NCBI GenBank assembly: GCA_963787285.1
Contig: CAWBCM010000001.1
Span: 32,914-96,913, forward strand
Direction of reading: 5' to 3'
Length of the DNA: 64,000 bases
DNA from: an uncultured Acidimicrobiales bacterium
Lineage (GTDB): Bacteria; Actinomycetota; Acidimicrobiia; Acidimicrobiales; JAHEJN01
Part shown: positions 11,542-20,449 of the stretch, one piece after another
Layout of the letters: the number at the start of each line of letters is the position of its first letter
Position numbering within the stretch: position 1 is the stretch's first letter
Position numbers and translations under genes: made by a program
The notes under the pieces: model-generated
The model's database searches: none
What the model saw: only the letters and a program-made list of their open reading frames with translations
Told to the model about the DNA's origin: nothing

Positions 11542-12931
11542 TCAGACCTCACCGTTCTTGATGGACTGGATCATGGCGGTGACCTGGTCGTAGATCTGTC
11601 GTCGTTCGGCCATCTGCTTGGAGATCTTGTCGACGGCGTGGATGACCGTGGTGTGGTCGCGGCCCCCGAACTCTCTCGCGATGGCCGGGTAGCTGAGGTC
11701 GGTGAGCTCACGGAAGACGTACATGGCGATCTGGCGCGCGGTCACCAGCGGCCGATGCCGTCGGGCACCCTGGATCTCCTCGAGGGTGAAACCGAACTTC
11801 TTCTGTGTGGCCTCGAGGATCAACTCGGGAGTGACGGGCCGCGGCTGGCGGGCGTCGACGATGTCGCGGAGAACGTCCTGGGCCAGATCGGCATCGAGGG
11901 GCTTGTTGGTGAGACTGGCATAGGCGCACACCCGGATGAGCGCTCCTTCGAGCTCTCGGATGTTCTCGGTGATGTGGGTGGCGATGAATTCGAGCACGTT
12001 GCGCGGCACCGGCACACCGGTGGATTCCGCTTTGCGGCTGAGGATGGCGAGGCGCGTCTCGAGGTCGGGCGGTTGGATGTCGGTGATGAGACCCATCTTG
12101 AACCGGCTGCGGAGCCGGTCTTCGAGGGTGGAGATCGCATCGGGAGGTCGGTCGGAGGAGATGACGATCTGACGATTGGCCTGATGGAGCGTGTTGAAGG
12201 TGTGGAAGAACTCCTCCTGGAGACCCTCCTTGCCCTCGATGAACTGGATGTCGTCGACCAGCAGGACGTCGATGTCGCGGTATTTGCGTTTGAAGTGTTG
12301 TCGGGTATTGGTGCGGATCGCGTCGACGAACTCGTTGAGGAAGGTCTCGGTGCTCACGTACTGAACGGAGTACTCCGGGTAGTTCTCGATCACATAGTGC
12401 CCGATGGCCTGGAGGAGGTGGGTCTTGCCCAGTCCGGCGTCGCCGTAGATGAAGAGCGGGTTGTAGGACTTCGCCGGCGTTTCGGCGACGGCGAGCGACG
12501 CCGCCTGTGCGAAGCGGTTGGACTGGCCGGTGACGAAGGTCTCGAAGGTGTACCGCGGGTTGAGCGACCCCTCGATGACCGGGCCGCCGGCGCTGGCCGA
12601 TGGCCGATCGTCGACCACCACTTCGGGCTCGACGAGCGCAGCGATGTCGTCTTCGCGGGCACCGAACTCCGGGCGCACGTCGATGACCAGATCGAGGTGG
12701 GCCGCCCCGGCGGTCGACGAGCGCGTCGCGCACCAGGCTGAGGTAGCGCCCTTCGACTCGTTCCTTCACGATGGCATTCGGTACCGACAACACGAGCGTT
12801 TCGTCGACGACCCCGATGGGCTGGGCGTTGTTGAAGGTCGACTGCCAGACCGCGTCGGAGACCTCGGCTCGAATGGTTGCTGCGCACGACTGCCACACAG
12901 TTCCGGGATCGATGTCGTTCACAAAGGGCAT
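11542..12931 (-). CDS. dnaA: Chromosomal replication initiator DnaA, with an apparent +1 frame break at about 12703-12712
   Basis: Domain I ([24 protein letters not shown]...[11 protein letters not shown]) is in the frame of ORF 11708..13126, starting at ATG 12931. The linker plus AAA+ and DNA-binding domains ([15 protein letters not shown] ... [11 protein letters not shown]) are in ORF 11542..12678. The span is 1390 nt, which is 3n+1. Confidence 0.9.
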
Positions 12932-12981
12932 CCTGACTGCAGCGCGACGGCCGAAGACAGCCAAGCTACGGGACGTCGACG

Positions 12982-13013
12982 GCATCCACAACAGCGTCCA
13001 CACGTGTGGAAAA
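12982..13013. promoter_or_regulatory. DnaA-box trio upstream of dnaA
   Basis: GCATCCACA (12982), GCGTCCACA (12994) and TGTGGAAAA (13005) lie 50-80 nt upstream of the dnaA start. This is consistent with autoregulation or a second origin flank. Confidence 0.55.
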
Positions 13014-13174
13014 CTTCGGGTCTGCTCGTCATGGAGTCTTTCCTGCCGTACCCGGAACTCGTCGCGCTTTGACCACGGTGTGGGGTCGTTCACGAGCGAA
13101 GAGGTGAGGACTCGGGAACCTAGCACCCGATCTGCGGAGGCGCCAGCCCGACGGGCAACGCTCGTTTGCCCAGT

Positions 13175-13375
13175 TCAGATGGTGTTTTCGGTCACTCCTC
13201 CGTTGCCCCGGTCTCGCGTTCGCCCGGCGATGATCGCGGTGGCGTTGCGGTCGACGACAAGGGGCTCTAGCGTTGCATCGTTCTCTGCACAGGAGACATC
13301 GACGCTTGTGAACTCGTGAACGGCGGCCGGGTCGTAGCCCGGTCCCCGAACCACCACCGGTATCGAGGTCTTCAT
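13175..13375 (-). CDS. Hypothetical 66-aa protein
   Basis: ORF 13175..13375 has ATG with a GAGAG motif upstream. Its composition is not Arg/Pro-rich, and third-position GC is about 74%, which is intermediate. No recognisable family. Confidence 0.3.
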   Translation of the reverse strand: MKTSIPVVVRGPGYDPAAVHEFTSVDVSCAENDATLEPLVVDRNATAIIAGRTRDRGNGGVTENTI

Positions 13376-13419
13376 CGGGCTCTCGATTTCGAACCCGCTC
13401 CCCCTAGAGGAAACCCATT

Positions 13420-13554
13420 GTGAAGCGCACCTATCAGCCCAACGTCCGCAAACGGGCGAAGAAGCACGGCTTTCGGCAACGCATGTCGACCCGAGCCGGT
13501 CGAGCCATCATCAAGGCTCGCCGCCAGCGGGGAAGGGCACGGCTGTCGGCCTGA
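13420..13554 (+). CDS. rpmH: 50S ribosomal protein L34
   Basis: [44 protein letters not shown], with a GTG start after an AGAGGAAA RBS. It is too short for the ORF track. The frame was fixed using the track translation of the antisense ORF 13434..13835. Confidence 0.88.
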   Translation: MKRTYQPNVRKRAKKHGFRQRMSTRAGRAIIKARRQRGRARLSA

Positions 13555-13892
13555 TCGGTGGGATTCGGACGCGTTCGACGTTTCTCCGCTTCCGATCCGA
13601 TGCCGTTCGCGTCCGCCATGGCTGGCTCCACCTCTCCTATCTCTCGCCGGCCGACGGCGACGACGTCGGTCTTGCCTTCGCGCTCACCCGCCACGTGGGT
13701 ACCGCAGTGCGACGCAACCGCATTCGTCGCCAGATCCGGCACGTTTTCGCTGATCTCGTCGGTGCCGGCGACCCGCTCGTCGTGGCCGGGGACTACCTCG
13801 TGACGGTTCGCGACCCGCGAGCCGATCTGGATCACGACGAGATCGTGGCGACCGTCACCGGTGCCCTCGAGCGGCTCGAGGCCCGACGATGA
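13554..13892 (+). CDS. rnpA: Ribonuclease P protein component
   Basis: The frame of ORF 13695..13892 contains the RNR motif ([17 protein letters not shown]). The conserved N-terminal part ([37 protein letters not shown]) lies upstream of the first ATG/GTG/TTG. Candidate starts are CTG 13551 (overlapping the rpmH TGA), ATC 13554 and ATT 13563. Confidence 0.8.
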   Translation: MGGIRTRSTFLRFRSDAVRVRHGWLHLSYLSPADGDDVGLAFALTRHVGTAVRRNRIRRQIRHVFADLVGAGDPLVVAGDYLVTVRDPRADLDHDEIVATVTGALERLEARR

Positions 13893-14161
13893 GGTCGCCG
13901 CTCGCGTGGCTGTTCGATCGCAGCATCGCGCTGTACCAGGCCACGCGCGGCGGGAGACCCTCTCCTTGTCGTCATGTGCCGTCGTGTTCGGTCTATGGCC
14001 GTGAGGCCATCGCCACCCACGGCGCGATCAAGGGCGGATGGTTGACGCTTCGCCGGATCGGGCGCTGCAATCCGTGGGGATCCGAGGGGTATGACCCCGT
14101 TCCCGCCCGCCGCCCGCCCTCTGCTCCCCTATCGGCCGACCATTGGTGTGCTGACTCATGA
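13889..14161 (+). CDS. yidD: Membrane protein insertion efficiency factor YidD
   Basis: 90-aa ORF with motifs [15 protein letters not shown] and RIGRCNPW. Its start overlaps the rnpA stop in an ATGA arrangement. Confidence 0.9.
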   Translation: MRSPLAWLFDRSIALYQATRGGRPSPCRHVPSCSVYGREAIATHGAIKGGWLTLRRIGRCNPWGSEGYDPVPARRPPSAPLSADHWCADS

Positions 14162-15342
14162 CCAGCGTTTTCGACGGACTGTTCGACTTCCTCGCCACCT
14201 TGTTGAACTTCTTCTTCACCCTGTGGCCGGCCAACATCGACTACGCGATGGCCATCGTCATGCTCACCCTGGTGGTGCTGCTCGTGTCGATGCCCCTCAC
14301 GTTCAAGCAGACGAAGTCGATGATCGCAATGCAGCGTCTGCAGCCCGAGGTCAAGGCGCTCCAGGCTCAGCATCGCGACGATCGCGAGCGGCTCAACCAG
14401 GAGATGATGGCCCTCTATCAGGCCCACGGCGTGAACCCGCTCGGTGGTTGTCTACCCATGCTGGTCCAGTTGCCGCTGTTCCTGGTGCTGTTCAATGTGA
14501 TTCGGGGCATCACTCGTCGGCTCACCGAGAGCGGTCTGGCCATGGGCTCCGCCGGCTTCGCACGGGGATTCGAGTCGGTGGCTCTCACCGAGGGCAATCC
14601 CACCGGTTTCACCGCCGTGCCCGTCGGTGACTTCGCTCCCCGGAACTTCAACCCGGCCTATCTCGATCACACCGACCGCATGTTCCAGGAGTTGGCCGAA
14701 CGCAACGACATGCCCTCGTTCGGATTCGACCTGGCACGATCGGCGCGTGAGGCCATCGGCGACGGCTTCGGCACGTCGTGGCCCTACATCGTGTTGATCA
14801 TCGTCGTGTTCATCACCTCGATGGTGCAGCAACGCCAGATCCGGGGCCGCCGCGACCCCGGGGCGGCCGTGAACAGCCAGCAAGAGCTGATCATGAAGAT
14901 CCTCCCGTTCATGTTGCCGGTGTTCTCGTTCACCTTGGCCGCCGCCGTCACCCTCTACTTCGTCGTGTCGAACCTGTTCCGAGTCGGTCAGCAAGCGGTC
15001 ATCACCCGCCAGTTCTACAGTGACGAGGCCAAGGCGGCCTCCGAGGCCAAGGTGGCCGAGATCAAAGTCAGTCGCACGACGTCCGACGCCAAGGCGACGG
15101 CGAAGACCAGCGACACCTCCGCCAAGACGGCCAAGTCCCGCTCGTCGGGTGGCGCCCATGGCACTCGTCGCCCCACCAGCCGGCCTCCGCGCCAGCGGCG
15201 CTCCAATGATCCCAAGAACCGACCGAGCCCCGCGAAGCGATCGAGCTCGGCGGGCAAGCCTGTCAAACCCCAGAAGAAGTCGACCGGACGAGTCACGCCC
15301 AAGAACGACACCGACTCGTCTCGGCGGCGGAGAGGAAAGTAG
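14158..15342 (+). CDS. yidC: Membrane protein insertase YidC
   Basis: 394-aa ORF with the 60-kDa inner membrane insertase core ([15 protein letters not shown]..., [13 protein letters not shown]) and a basic Ser/Lys/Arg-rich tail. Confidence 0.95.
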   Translation: MTSVFDGLFDFLATLLNFFFTLWPANIDYAMAIVMLTLVVLLVSMPLTFKQTKSMIAMQRLQPEVKALQAQHRDDRERLNQEMMALYQAHGVNPLGGCLPMLVQLPLFLVLFNVIRGITRRLTESGLAMGSAGFARGFESVALTEGNPTGFTAVPVGDFAPRNFNPAYLDHTDRMFQELAERNDMPSFGFDLARSAREAIGDGFGTSWPYIVLIIVVFITSMVQQRQIRGRRDPGAAVNSQQELIMKILPFMLPVFSFTLAAAVTLYFVVSNLFRVGQQAVITRQFYSDEAKAASEAKVAEIKVSRTTSDAKATAKTSDTSAKTAKSRSSGGAHGTRRPTSRPPRQRRSNDPKNRPSPAKRSSSAGKPVKPQKKSTGRVTPKNDTDSSRRRRGK

Positions 15343-15344
15343 TC

Positions 15345-16286
15345 ATGGAATGGGTCGAAACCACCGGAGACACCATCGAGGAGGCCCGGCGTCATGCGTT
15401 GGACGCGCTCGGGGTCCCGTTCGACGACGCCGAGATCGAGGTGCTCGAGGAGCCGAAGTCGTCGATGTTCGGCTTGCGCAAGACCACGGCGAGAGTGCGG
15501 GCTCGGGTTCGGCCCGTCCAGCCTCGGGCCAAGGCCGAGCGGCGTGACCGCAGCCGACGCAAGAACGGCGGAGGCCGATCCGGCCGCAGCGACGGCGGTG
15601 GACGCAAGAAGAGCGGCGACGGCGACGGCGGCCGCGGCCGCGGTGAGCGAGGAGGCGGTGGCACCGGCAGGGGTCGCAACGCCGACACCGACGCTCGGTC
15701 GTCGTCACCGAAGCAAAAGCCGAACACGACCGACCAAAAGCCGGCGAAATCGCCGAGAAACGGTGCCGATGCGCCGCAGAAGGAGCAGGCCCCGATGCCC
15801 GACGACAACGAAGAGATCATGGATGCCGCGGGTCAGGCGGCGGTGGTCGAGGAGTTCCTCGACGGACTGCTCGAGGCCTTCGGCGCCGAAGGCGATCTGG
15901 AATCGGTGGCCCTCGACGAAGAGACCTACGAGGTCCGCGCCCATGGCGGCGAGCTCGGGCTGCTGATCGGGCCCAAGGGGGCCACGATGCAGGCGGTCCA
16001 GGAGATCGCACGCACCGCGGTCCAGCAGGTAGCCGATGGTCAGTTGACCGGCCGGGTCCATATCGACATCGGCGGCTATCGGAACAAGCGCCGCGCCGCG
16101 CTGGCCGAATTCGCCACGCGGTTGGCCGAGTCGGTGCGAGAGAGCGGCCAGCCCAAGGTGCTCGAACCCATGCCGGCGACGGACCGCAAGGTCATTCACG
16201 ACGCCGTGGCGGAGCTCGACGGGGTGATGTCGACGTCGGAAGGCTACGACGACCAACGCCACATCGTTCTGGCTCCAACCGACTGA
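15345..16286 (+). CDS. jag: Jag/KhpB-type RNA-binding protein (Jag_N, KH, R3H domains)
   Basis: 313-aa ORF with the Jag N-terminus (MEWVETTGDTIEEARRHALDALGV), an RG-rich linker and a C-terminal KH/R3H region (DRKVIHDAVAEL..STSEG). It sits in the conserved position after yidC. Confidence 0.9.
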   Translation: MEWVETTGDTIEEARRHALDALGVPFDDAEIEVLEEPKSSMFGLRKTTARVRARVRPVQPRAKAERRDRSRRKNGGGRSGRSDGGGRKKSGDGDGGRGRGERGGGGTGRGRNADTDARSSSPKQKPNTTDQKPAKSPRNGADAPQKEQAPMPDDNEEIMDAAGQAAVVEEFLDGLLEAFGAEGDLESVALDEETYEVRAHGGELGLLIGPKGATMQAVQEIARTAVQQVADGQLTGRVHIDIGGYRNKRRAALAEFATRLAESVRESGQPKVLEPMPATDRKVIHDAVAELDGVMSTSEGYDDQRHIVLAPTD

Positions 16287-16291
16287 CCGGC

Positions 16292-16927
16292 GTGAGTCCG
16301 GAGGCGAGCAAGGCGCCTCCGCCGACGATTTCGGCCGCCCTGTGGCGTGAGCTCGAGTCGTCTCGGCAGTTGGGCCTGATCGGGCCGTCTCCCCTCGACG
16401 AGCATGTTCGCCACGCCATCGGGTACCTGGGCGCGGCCGGAGTCGTGCCCAGGGCGGTGGCCGACCTCGGGTCCGGCGGCGGTCTCCCGGCGCTGGTTTT
16501 GGCCGAGCGCTGGCCCGAGTGTCGGTTCACCTTGATCGACGTGCGGGAGCGGGCGATCGCCCGCCTCGACGTGATGGTCGCCCGTCTCGGATGGCATCAT
16601 CGGGTCGACCCGTGGCTCGGCTCCGCCGAGTCGGCCGGGCGGCTGGAGGCGCTGCGGGGCGGCTTCGATCTGGTCACCGCTCGTGGGTTCGGTCCGCCGG
16701 CGATGACGGCCGAGTGTGCGGCGCCGCTGCTGCGGGTGGGCGGTCGACTGGTGGTGAGCGAACCCCCCACCGACGAGGGGCGCTGGCCGGAGGCGGCGCT
16801 CACTTTGCTGGCCCTGCGCCGGGTGGAGGAGACGGTGGGTCCGTACGCGGTTCTCGAGGCGACCGAGCCCTGTCCCGAGCGGTTTCCCCGCCGGTCGGGC
16901 CAGCCCCGGAACGCACCGCTCTGGTGA
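16292..16927 (+). CDS. rsmG: 16S rRNA (guanine527-N7)-methyltransferase RsmG/GidB
   Basis: 211-aa ORF with the SAM-binding motif VADLGSGGGLPALVLA, located between jag and parA. Confidence 0.93.
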   Translation: MSPEASKAPPPTISAALWRELESSRQLGLIGPSPLDEHVRHAIGYLGAAGVVPRAVADLGSGGGLPALVLAERWPECRFTLIDVRERAIARLDVMVARLGWHHRVDPWLGSAESAGRLEALRGGFDLVTARGFGPPAMTAECAAPLLRVGGRLVVSEPPTDEGRWPEAALTLLALRRVEETVGPYAVLEATEPCPERFPRRSGQPRNAPLW

Positions 16928-16928
16928 A

Positions 16929-16944
16929 GGTTTCACGTGAAACA
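16929..16944. promoter_or_regulatory. parS site 1
   Basis: GGTTTCACGTGAAACA matches the parS consensus tGTTTCACGTGAAACa and has a perfect 14-bp palindromic core. Confidence 0.9.
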
Positions 16945-16977
16945 TGCGCACCGCGCAGCGGGCCGAACGGCCCCGCA

Positions 16978-16993
16978 GGTTTCACGTGAAACA
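16978..16993. promoter_or_regulatory. parS site 2
   Basis: An identical GGTTTCACGTGAAACA lies 49 bp after site 1, upstream of parA. Confidence 0.9.
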
Positions 16994-17123
16994 TCATCGC
17001 CGGGGGAGACCGACACCCAGGGGACCATCAAGGAATCGAGATCCGACACCGGGTAGGATCCCTGTCCGTGCAGCGCAAGCGCTACCGCATGTGGCCCGAC
17101 TGCGGGACCGAAAGGGGATCAAG

Positions 17124-17987
17124 GTGAGCGTCACCGAGGGCCGAAAGCCCGAACTCGACACGGCGGATCCCGTGGTCAGCGAACAGATTGCGGCCCGGCC
17201 TTCCGAGACGCGGCCCGAGCTGCCCCGTGTCATTGCCATCGCCAACCAGAAGGGCGGGGTGGGCAAGACCACTACGACCATCAACCTCGGTGCCGCTCTG
17301 GCCGAGCTGGACTACCGGGTGCTGATCATCGACCTCGACCCACAAGCCAATGCCTCCACCGGTCTGGGCCTGGATCCCCGCACCCTCACCTCGTCGATGT
17401 ACGACGTGTTGTTGCGCGATGTGCCCCTCGACGAGGTGATCGAGTCGACGGAGATGAAGAACCTCTTCGTGGGTCCGTCGAGCCTCGACCTGGCGGGTGC
17501 CGAGATCGAGTTGGTGCCGGCCTTCTCCCGGGAGCGCAAGCTCCGTCTGGCCGTCGACGAGGTGATCGACGACTACGACTACGTGCTCATCGATTGTCCA
17601 CCCTCGCTCGGACTGATCACCATCAACGGCCTCACCGCGGCCCGGGAGGTGCTGGTGCCCATCCAGTGCGAGTACTACGCGCTGGAGGGGCTCGGCCAAT
17701 TGCTGCGCAACATCGATCTCGTCCGCCGCAACCTGAATCCCGACCTGCACCTCTCGACGATCGTGTTGGTGATGTACGACGCCCGTACCAAACTCTCGGC
17801 CCAAGTGTCCGACGAGGTTCGCCAGCACTTCGGCGCCAAGGTGTGTCGCCAGGTCGTACCCCGCTCGGTCCGATTGTCCGAGGCCCCCTCGTTCGGCCAA
17901 CCCATCACGGTGTTCGACAGCACCTCGCGTGGGGCGATCGCCTATCGAGGCATAGCCGAGGAGGTGTCGGGTGGCCCCGCGACGTAG
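17124..17987 (+). CDS. parA: Chromosome partitioning ATPase ParA/Soj
   Basis: In the frame of ORF 16944..17987, with the deviant Walker A KGGVGKTTTTINLG. GTG 17124 follows an AAAGGGGA RBS. The longer ORF would cover both parS sites. Confidence 0.95.
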   Translation: MSVTEGRKPELDTADPVVSEQIAARPSETRPELPRVIAIANQKGGVGKTTTTINLGAALAELDYRVLIIDLDPQANASTGLGLDPRTLTSSMYDVLLRDVPLDEVIESTEMKNLFVGPSSLDLAGAEIELVPAFSRERKLRLAVDEVIDDYDYVLIDCPPSLGLITINGLTAAREVLVPIQCEYYALEGLGQLLRNIDLVRRNLNPDLHLSTIVLVMYDARTKLSAQVSDEVRQHFGAKVCRQVVPRSVRLSEAPSFGQPITVFDSTSRGAIAYRGIAEEVSGGPAT

Positions 17988-18897
17988 CGGCCTCGGTCGT
18001 GGGCTCGGGGCGCTGATTCCCGGTGACGCCGCCGAGGGCGACGATGTCCCTACCGAGACGAGCGGCGCCGCCTATCGCGAGCTTCCGATCTCGGCGATTT
18101 CTCCCAACCGGTGGCAGCCTCGTGGGCAATTCGACGCGGCCAGCCTCGAGATCCTCGCGGCGTCCATTGCCGAGATCGGGGTCCTGCAACCGATACTGGT
18201 GCGAAACACCGGAGGTGACACCTACGAGCTCGTGGCCGGCGAGCGACGGTGGCGGGCCGCTCAGGTGGTGGGATTGGCCACCATCCCGGCCCTGGTACGC
18301 GAGGTCGGGGACCAGGGATCGCTCGAACAGGCCATCGTCGAGAACCTGCATCGCAGTGATCTCAATCCGCTGGAGGAAGCGGCCGGGTATCAGCACCTCA
18401 TCGACGAGTTCGGGCTCACCCAGGACGCCGTTGCCACCCGCGTGGGGCGCAGCCGCTCCGCGGTCACGAATCTGTTGCGACTGTTTCAGCTGGCTCCCGC
18501 GGTGCAGGGACTGTTGGCCGACGGTGAGCTGAGCGCCGGCCACGGTCGGGCCCTGCTGATGGTCGAGGATTCCGCGCGGCAACTCCAGTTGGCCCGCCTC
18601 GCGGTCCGAGAAGGCATGTCGGTTCGTGAGCTCGAGCGTCGAGTGAAGGGCGAGCCGGGGGCGGGCCCCGATGCCTCGGGCCGGTCGGGGCAACCCCCGA
18701 AGGGGGAGACGCCTCCCCCCGCCCATCCTCCGGCTGCGCTGCTCGAGCTCGAGCGGCTCCTCGCCGCTCACCTCCAGACCACCGTCGACGTGGTCATGGG
18801 TGGGGGAAAGGGCCGGATCTCCGTCGAATTCGCCGATCTCGACGACCTCGAACGCATCTATCTAGCGATGGTCGACGGTTCCACCGCACCGGGATAG
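17971..18897 (+). CDS. parB: Chromosome partitioning protein ParB/Spo0J
   Basis: 308-aa ORF with motifs GLGRGLGALIP, the ParB box (VAGERRWRAA) and an HTH region. Confidence 0.95.
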   Translation: MAPRRSGLGRGLGALIPGDAAEGDDVPTETSGAAYRELPISAISPNRWQPRGQFDAASLEILAASIAEIGVLQPILVRNTGGDTYELVAGERRWRAAQVVGLATIPALVREVGDQGSLEQAIVENLHRSDLNPLEEAAGYQHLIDEFGLTQDAVATRVGRSRSAVTNLLRLFQLAPAVQGLLADGELSAGHGRALLMVEDSARQLQLARLAVREGMSVRELERRVKGEPGAGPDASGRSGQPPKGETPPPAHPPAALLELERLLAAHLQTTVDVVMGGGKGRISVEFADLDDLERIYLAMVDGSTAPG

Positions 18898-18949
18898 CCG
18901 AAGTGTCAGGTGGTGGGTGAGGGTCGCGCGTCCCTGGAGTCGACATTGA

Positions 18950-18969
18950 TTGTCCACACCTGTGGGTAA
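18950..18969. promoter_or_regulatory. Inverted pair of DnaA boxes
   Basis: TTGTCCACA cc TGTGGGTAA. The first 9-mer is a perfect actinobacterial consensus box. The second is the complement of TTACCCACA, a 9-mer also present in oriC at 11493. Confidence 0.55.
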
Positions 18970-18986
18970 ACCTGTGCGTAGCTGCT

Positions 18987-19018
18987 CACGAAAGGTGGGA
19001 AATCCGCCACTTTTCGTG
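18987..19018. terminator. Bidirectional terminator-like hairpin between convergent parB and cwlM
   Basis: CACGAAAGGTGG - 8 nt - CCACTTTTCGTG forms a 12-bp stem with one G-T pair and includes a T-run. Confidence 0.6.
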
Positions 19019-19032
19019 AGAATTCAGGGTTT

Positions 19033-19932
19033 TCAGGCCGACATCGGCCGCTGGAGCCATTCGACGATGGCATCGCCCAGCGCCAGGGCGAGTGACTCAC
19101 CGAGCTCGTGGACCGTGGCGTCGGGACCGATTCGACAGGCGACGGCGGGCATTCGCGTTTCGCGAAGCACGGGAAGCCGCATTCCGTGCGGTGAGCCCAC
19201 ATCGAAACCGTATTTTGACACTTCATGTGACAATAGTGTGGCCAGGGTGCGGCCACCGCTGGACTCGTAGCCGTCGGTGGCGAAGTAGGCAACATGGCAG
19301 TCGCCGTCGGAGACGACCAGACCCACGTAGGCGGCGGCATCGTGGTCATTGGCGGCAGCGGCATGGGCCGAGCCGTCCGGATGATGGATGATGACCACAT
19401 CGAGACCGCGCTCGGCGAGCGTGCGACCGAGCGTCTCGGTCAGTCCACCGAGGTCACCGAGGTCGCCTACCACGACCCGGGCCGGCGTGGTCGACAGCAC
19501 CGGGCGGAGCAGCCGCTCGCGTTCGCGGACGCTGGCCACCGACGGTTGACCGGTGCGCGGGCCAACCCTCAACAGTTCGATGATGGTGTCACGACCGCAC
19601 ACGTTGTCGACCGGAAGCCCCACGTTCTGCTGGAACTCGCCCACCGCTCGCGCCGAATCGGGACCGAAGATGCCGTCGATGCGGCCGGCGTCGAACCCGA
19701 GCGACCCGAGGCGCCGTTGCAGCTCGGCGACATCCTCGCCGCGCAACATCGGTTGACGCAGGTAGAGGGGTCGTTCACCGAAGCCGAAGTCGGCCTCGAG
19801 CAGTGCCGTCCAGGTCTGGAACCCGCAGGCCCCGTCGGGAAGCAGCCCTCGGCTCGCCTGGAACGCGGTGACCTGGGCTTTGGTCTCGGGACCGAAGACG
19901 CCGCGCTGGTCCTCGGTGGTGATGAAACCCAC
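19033..19932 (-). CDS. cwlM: CwlM-like protein (two PG_binding_1 domains plus Amidase_3 domain)
   Basis: 299-aa ORF with peptidoglycan-binding repeats (GIFGPDSARAVGEFQ) and an amidase_3-like C-terminus, in the trxB-trxA-cwlM synteny. The first PG-binding helix (LHEGDSGDAVLQLRRRLGR) is encoded in frame upstream of GTG 19932, so the true start is probably ATC 20004 or ATT 20010. Confidence 0.85.
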   Translation of the reverse strand: MGFITTEDQRGVFGPETKAQVTAFQASRGLLPDGACGFQTWTALLEADFGFGERPLYLRQPMLRGEDVAELQRRLGSLGFDAGRIDGIFGPDSARAVGEFQQNVGLPVDNVCGRDTIIELLRVGPRTGQPSVASVRERERLLRPVLSTTPARVVVGDLGDLGGLTETLGRTLAERGLDVVIIHHPDGSAHAAAANDHDAAAYVGLVVSDGDCHVAYFATDGYESSGGRTLATLLSHEVSKYGFDVGSPHGMRLPVLRETRMPAVACRIGPDATVHELGESLALALGDAIVEWLQRPMSA

Positions 19933-20119
19933 CCGCCCGAGGCGTCGACGCAGCTGGAGGACGGCATCGCCGGAGTCGCCCTCGTGTAGCGGAAGTCCTT
20001 CGATGGAAATCGGACAGCTCCTCGTCGACCCGTTCGGCTGGCGTCGGTCACGCTAACAGCAAACCCCCGAGCGCAAGCTCGGAGGTCGGTACACCTCAGG
20101 GGCCTCGACGGCGGGCGAT

Positions 20120-20449
20120 TCAGCCGATGAATTCACCGAGATCGTCGAGCAGCGCGGCCTTGCCCTTGGCGCCCACCATACGTTTGGCCGGGGCACCGTC
20201 GTTGAACACGATCAGCGTCGGAATGCTCATGACCTCGAACCGGCGAGCGATGTCGGGGGCATCGTCGACGTTGACCTTGGCAATGGCGACCTGGCCGTCG
20301 AGCTCGTCGGCCAGCTCCTCGAGAACCGGGGCGATCATCTTGCATGGTCCGCACCACTCGGCCCAGAAGTCGACGAGCACCGGACCGGCGGCGCTGCCGA
20401 TCTTCTCATCGAAGGTCTCGGTGGTGAGATGGGTGATGCCTTCGGCCAT
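20120..20449 (-). CDS. trxA: Thioredoxin
   Basis: WCGPC active site (FWAEWCGPCKMIAP). ATG 20449 has a GGAAGGA RBS and lies within ORF 20120..20500. Confidence 0.95.
   Translation of the reverse strand: MAEGITHLTTETFDEKIGSAAGPVLVDFWAEWCGPCKMIAPVLEELADELDGQVAIAKVNVDDAPDIARRFEVMSIPTLIVFNDGAPAKRMVGAKGKAALLDDLGEFIG

Noticed and set aside
13419-13554. Apparent extra base near 13500 that would fuse rpmH to rnpA in one frame.
   Set aside because: This came from my by-eye reading of the sequence lines. The ORF-track translation of the antisense ORF 13434..13835 (..[10 protein letters not shown]..) and the absence of a long frame-3 ORF are only compatible with an intact 45-codon rpmH. I treat it as my own reading error.
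16944-17123. N-terminal 60-aa extension of parA from the track ORF start.
   Set aside because: The extension is Arg/Pro-rich, covers both parS sites and the promoter region, and the conserved ParA sequence begins after GTG 17124, which has its own RBS.
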